In this document: positions 62,052 through 64,000 of the stretch, piece by piece
How positions within the stretch are numbered: position 1 is the first letter of the stretch
Layout of the letters: each line of letters starts with the position of its first letter
From: Obrimoposthia wandeli
Taxonomy: Eukaryota
Length of the DNA: 64,000 nt
Direction of reading: 5' to 3'
Assembly: GCA_977020255.1 (NCBI GenBank)
Contig: CDROCS010000253.1
Coordinates: 2,976,001-3,040,000, forward strand
Position numbers and translations under genes: made by a program
The notes under the pieces: generated by a model
What the model saw: the letters and a program-made list of their open reading frames with translations, nothing else
What the model was told of the DNA's origin: nothing
Databases searched by the model: none

Positions 62052-64000
62052 ATGGCAGATATAACTGTAGCAGAACTTGCCAAAGAAATCGGAACACCGG
62101 TGGATCGCTTAGTCACTCAATTAGCTGACTCAGGCGTGAATAAATCGGCTACCGATGCTATTTCGCAAGATGAAAAAGAAGCCTTACTAGGTCACCTTAA
62201 AAAGCAACATGGTGACGAGTCGGAAGCAAAACCTAATAAACTTACTTTAAACCGTAAGACTAAGTCTACTCTGACCATGGGTCACGGTAGTAAAGCTAAG
62301 TCGGTTAATGTTGAAGTTCGCAAAAAACGCACTTACGTGAAACGTAGTGAAGTTGAAGATGAAAAAATTGCTGAAGAAGCAGCGAAAGCAGAAGCTGAAG
62401 CAGCTATTTTAGCCGAAGCAGACGTTAAAGCTAAAGCAGAAGCTGCAGCGAAAGAAGCTGAAAACGAAAAAGGCGTAGCAGCAGCTAAAGCTGAAGTTGA
62501 AGCCGAGCGTAAAGCTGAAGCGAAAGTTGAAGCAGCAGCGAAAGCAAAAACTGCCGCGGTAGAAAAAGCTAAAAATGTTGAACAAGTACCTGAAAAAATT
62601 GCTGAGACTGAAGAAGCGAAAAAACTTCGTTTAGCACAAGAAAAAGAAGCGGCAGCAAAAGTTGAAGCAGAAGCGGCAGAAGCGGCAGCAGCGGCTAAAA
62701 AACTTGCTGAAGAAAATGAAGGTCGTTGGAAAGAGCAAGAAGCTGAACGTAAAGCAAAAGAAAAAGAAGTAGTACATTTAACTTCTTCGGTCTATGCACA
62801 AGAAGCTGAAGATAAAAGTGATACGGCTGATGAAAGTGGCCGTCGACGTAAGAAGAAAAAGCCAGCTGATCGTAATGCTCGTGGTCGTAATAGTGGCCGT
62901 GGTAAAGGTAAAACGTTATCTTCACCACAAAGTTTAAAACATGGTTTTACTAAACCTGTTGAAACTAAATTACAAGACATTCGTATCGGTGAAACAATTT
63001 CTGTTGCAGAACTTGCTAACAAAATGTCTAAGAAAGGCGCTGAAGTTGTTAAGGCAATGTTTAAATTGGGTGCTATGGCAACCATTAACCAAGTAATTGA
63101 CCAAGAAACCGCAGCACTTGTTGCTGAAGATATGGGCTTTGAAGTCGTACTTGTTAAAGAAAATGCTTTAGAAGAAGCGGTACTTGCTGATCGTAATGAT
63201 TCTGGTGAAGAGATTACTCGTGCGCCAGTTGTTACTATTATGGGTCACGTTGATCATGGTAAAACATCACTACTTGATCATATTCGTGAAGCGAAAGTAG
63301 CTGACGGTGAAGCCGGTGGTATTACTCAGCATATCGGTGCTTATCACGTAGAAACGGGTCATGGTATGATCACTTTCTTAGATACTCCTGGTCATGCTGC
63401 CTTTACTGCTATGCGCTCTCGTGGAGCAAAAGCAACAGATATTGTTGTTATTGTTGTTGCTGGTGATGATGGTGTTATGCCACAGACGATCGAAGCAATT
63501 CAACATGCTAAAGCCTCTGATGTGCCTATTATCATTGCTGTTAACAAAATGGATAAAGAAGGTGTTGATCCAGAGCGTGTTAAAAGTGAATTGTCACAAC
63601 ACGATGTACTTTCAGAAGAGTGGGGCGGTGAAGTTCAATTCTGTCACGTTTCAGCTAAAACTGGTTTAGGTATTGAAGAGCTTCTTGACTCTATATTGTT
63701 ACAATCTGAAGTATTAGAATTAACAGCTGTTGTCGATAAAATGGCAAGTGGTGTTGTGGTTGAGTCTAAATTAGATAAAGGCCGTGGCCCAGTAGCTACC
63801 GTACTCGTGCAAGAAGGTACTTTAAAGCAAGGTGATATTGTCCTTTGTGGTTTAGAATATGGCCGTGTTCGTGCAATGCGCGACGAAAATGGCAAAACTA
63901 TTCAATCAGCGGGTCCATCTATTCCAGTTGAAATTATCGGCTTAAGCGGTGTTCCAATTTCAGGCGATGAAGCGACTGTTGTTAAAGATGAAAAGAAAGC
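62052..64000 (+). CDS. infB: Translation initiation factor IF-2 (3' end outside the window; absent from the ORF track)
   Basis: [10 protein letters not shown] start; [29 protein letters not shown]. Confidence 0.97.
   Translation, partial: MADITVAELAKEIGTPVDRLVTQLADSGVNKSATDAISQDEKEALLGHLKKQHGDESEAKPNKLTLNRKTKSTLTMGHGSKAKSVNVEVRKKRTYVKRSEVEDEKIAEEAAKAEAEAAILAEADVKAKAEAAAKEAENEKGVAAAKAEVEAERKAEAKVEAAAKAKTAAVEKAKNVEQVPEKIAETEEAKKLRLAQEKEAAAKVEAEAAEAAAAAKKLAEENEGRWKEQEAERKAKEKEVVHLTSSVYAQEAEDKSDTADESGRRRKKKKPADRNARGRNSGRGKGKTLSSPQSLKHGFTKPVETKLQDIRIGETISVAELANKMSKKGAEVVKAMFKLGAMATINQVIDQETAALVAEDMGFEVVLVKENALEEAVLADRNDSGEEITRAPVVTIMGHVDHGKTSLLDHIREAKVADGEAGGITQHIGAYHVETGHGMITFLDTPGHAAFTAMRSRGAKATDIVVIVVAGDDGVMPQTIEAIQHAKASDVPIIIAVNKMDKEGVDPERVKSELSQHDVLSEEWGGEVQFCHVSAKTGLGIEELLDSILLQSEVLELTAVVDKMASGVVVESKLDKGRGPVATVLVQEGTLKQGDIVLCGLEYGRVRAMRDENGKTIQSAGPSIPVEIIGLSGVPISGDEATVVKDEKK

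Overview
AT-rich chromosomal window, most likely from a Colwellia-like marine psychrophilic gammaproteobacterium (inferred from gene content and order). 1-17.6 kb is a pfaA-D polyunsaturated fatty acid synthase cluster: pfaA is 5'-truncated with 6 ACP domains, and pfaB is the long, DHA-producer type. About 18-42.2 kb is a sedentary chromosomal integron cassette array read on the minus strand. It has about 20 recognisable ~92-103 bp attC sites that decay toward the pfa end, an attI core at 42217-42223, a LexA box and a divergent, degraded intI (42441-43200). The array holds two copies of an element encoding a tyrosine recombinase plus an IS91-type HUH transposase. Both copies sit exactly at the G|TT of an attC R'' box, and both bring their own attC-like hairpin. 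It also holds an IS1182-type element inserted in an attC R' box, an IS110 remnant, a cold-shock gene abutting an attC, and five cassettes with no long ORF in two families, both showing plus-strand (antisense) RNA-structure signatures. 43.3-64 kb is core genome: DUF885, M28 peptidase, yaeQ, a class V aminotransferase, gloA, nth, rsxABCDGE, a degenerate GGDEF-EAL gene and rimP-nusA-infB (partial). Repeated elements carry many scattered indels, so some 'pseudogenes' may be assembly or polishing errors. All family assignments come from motif recognition only; no database search was run.
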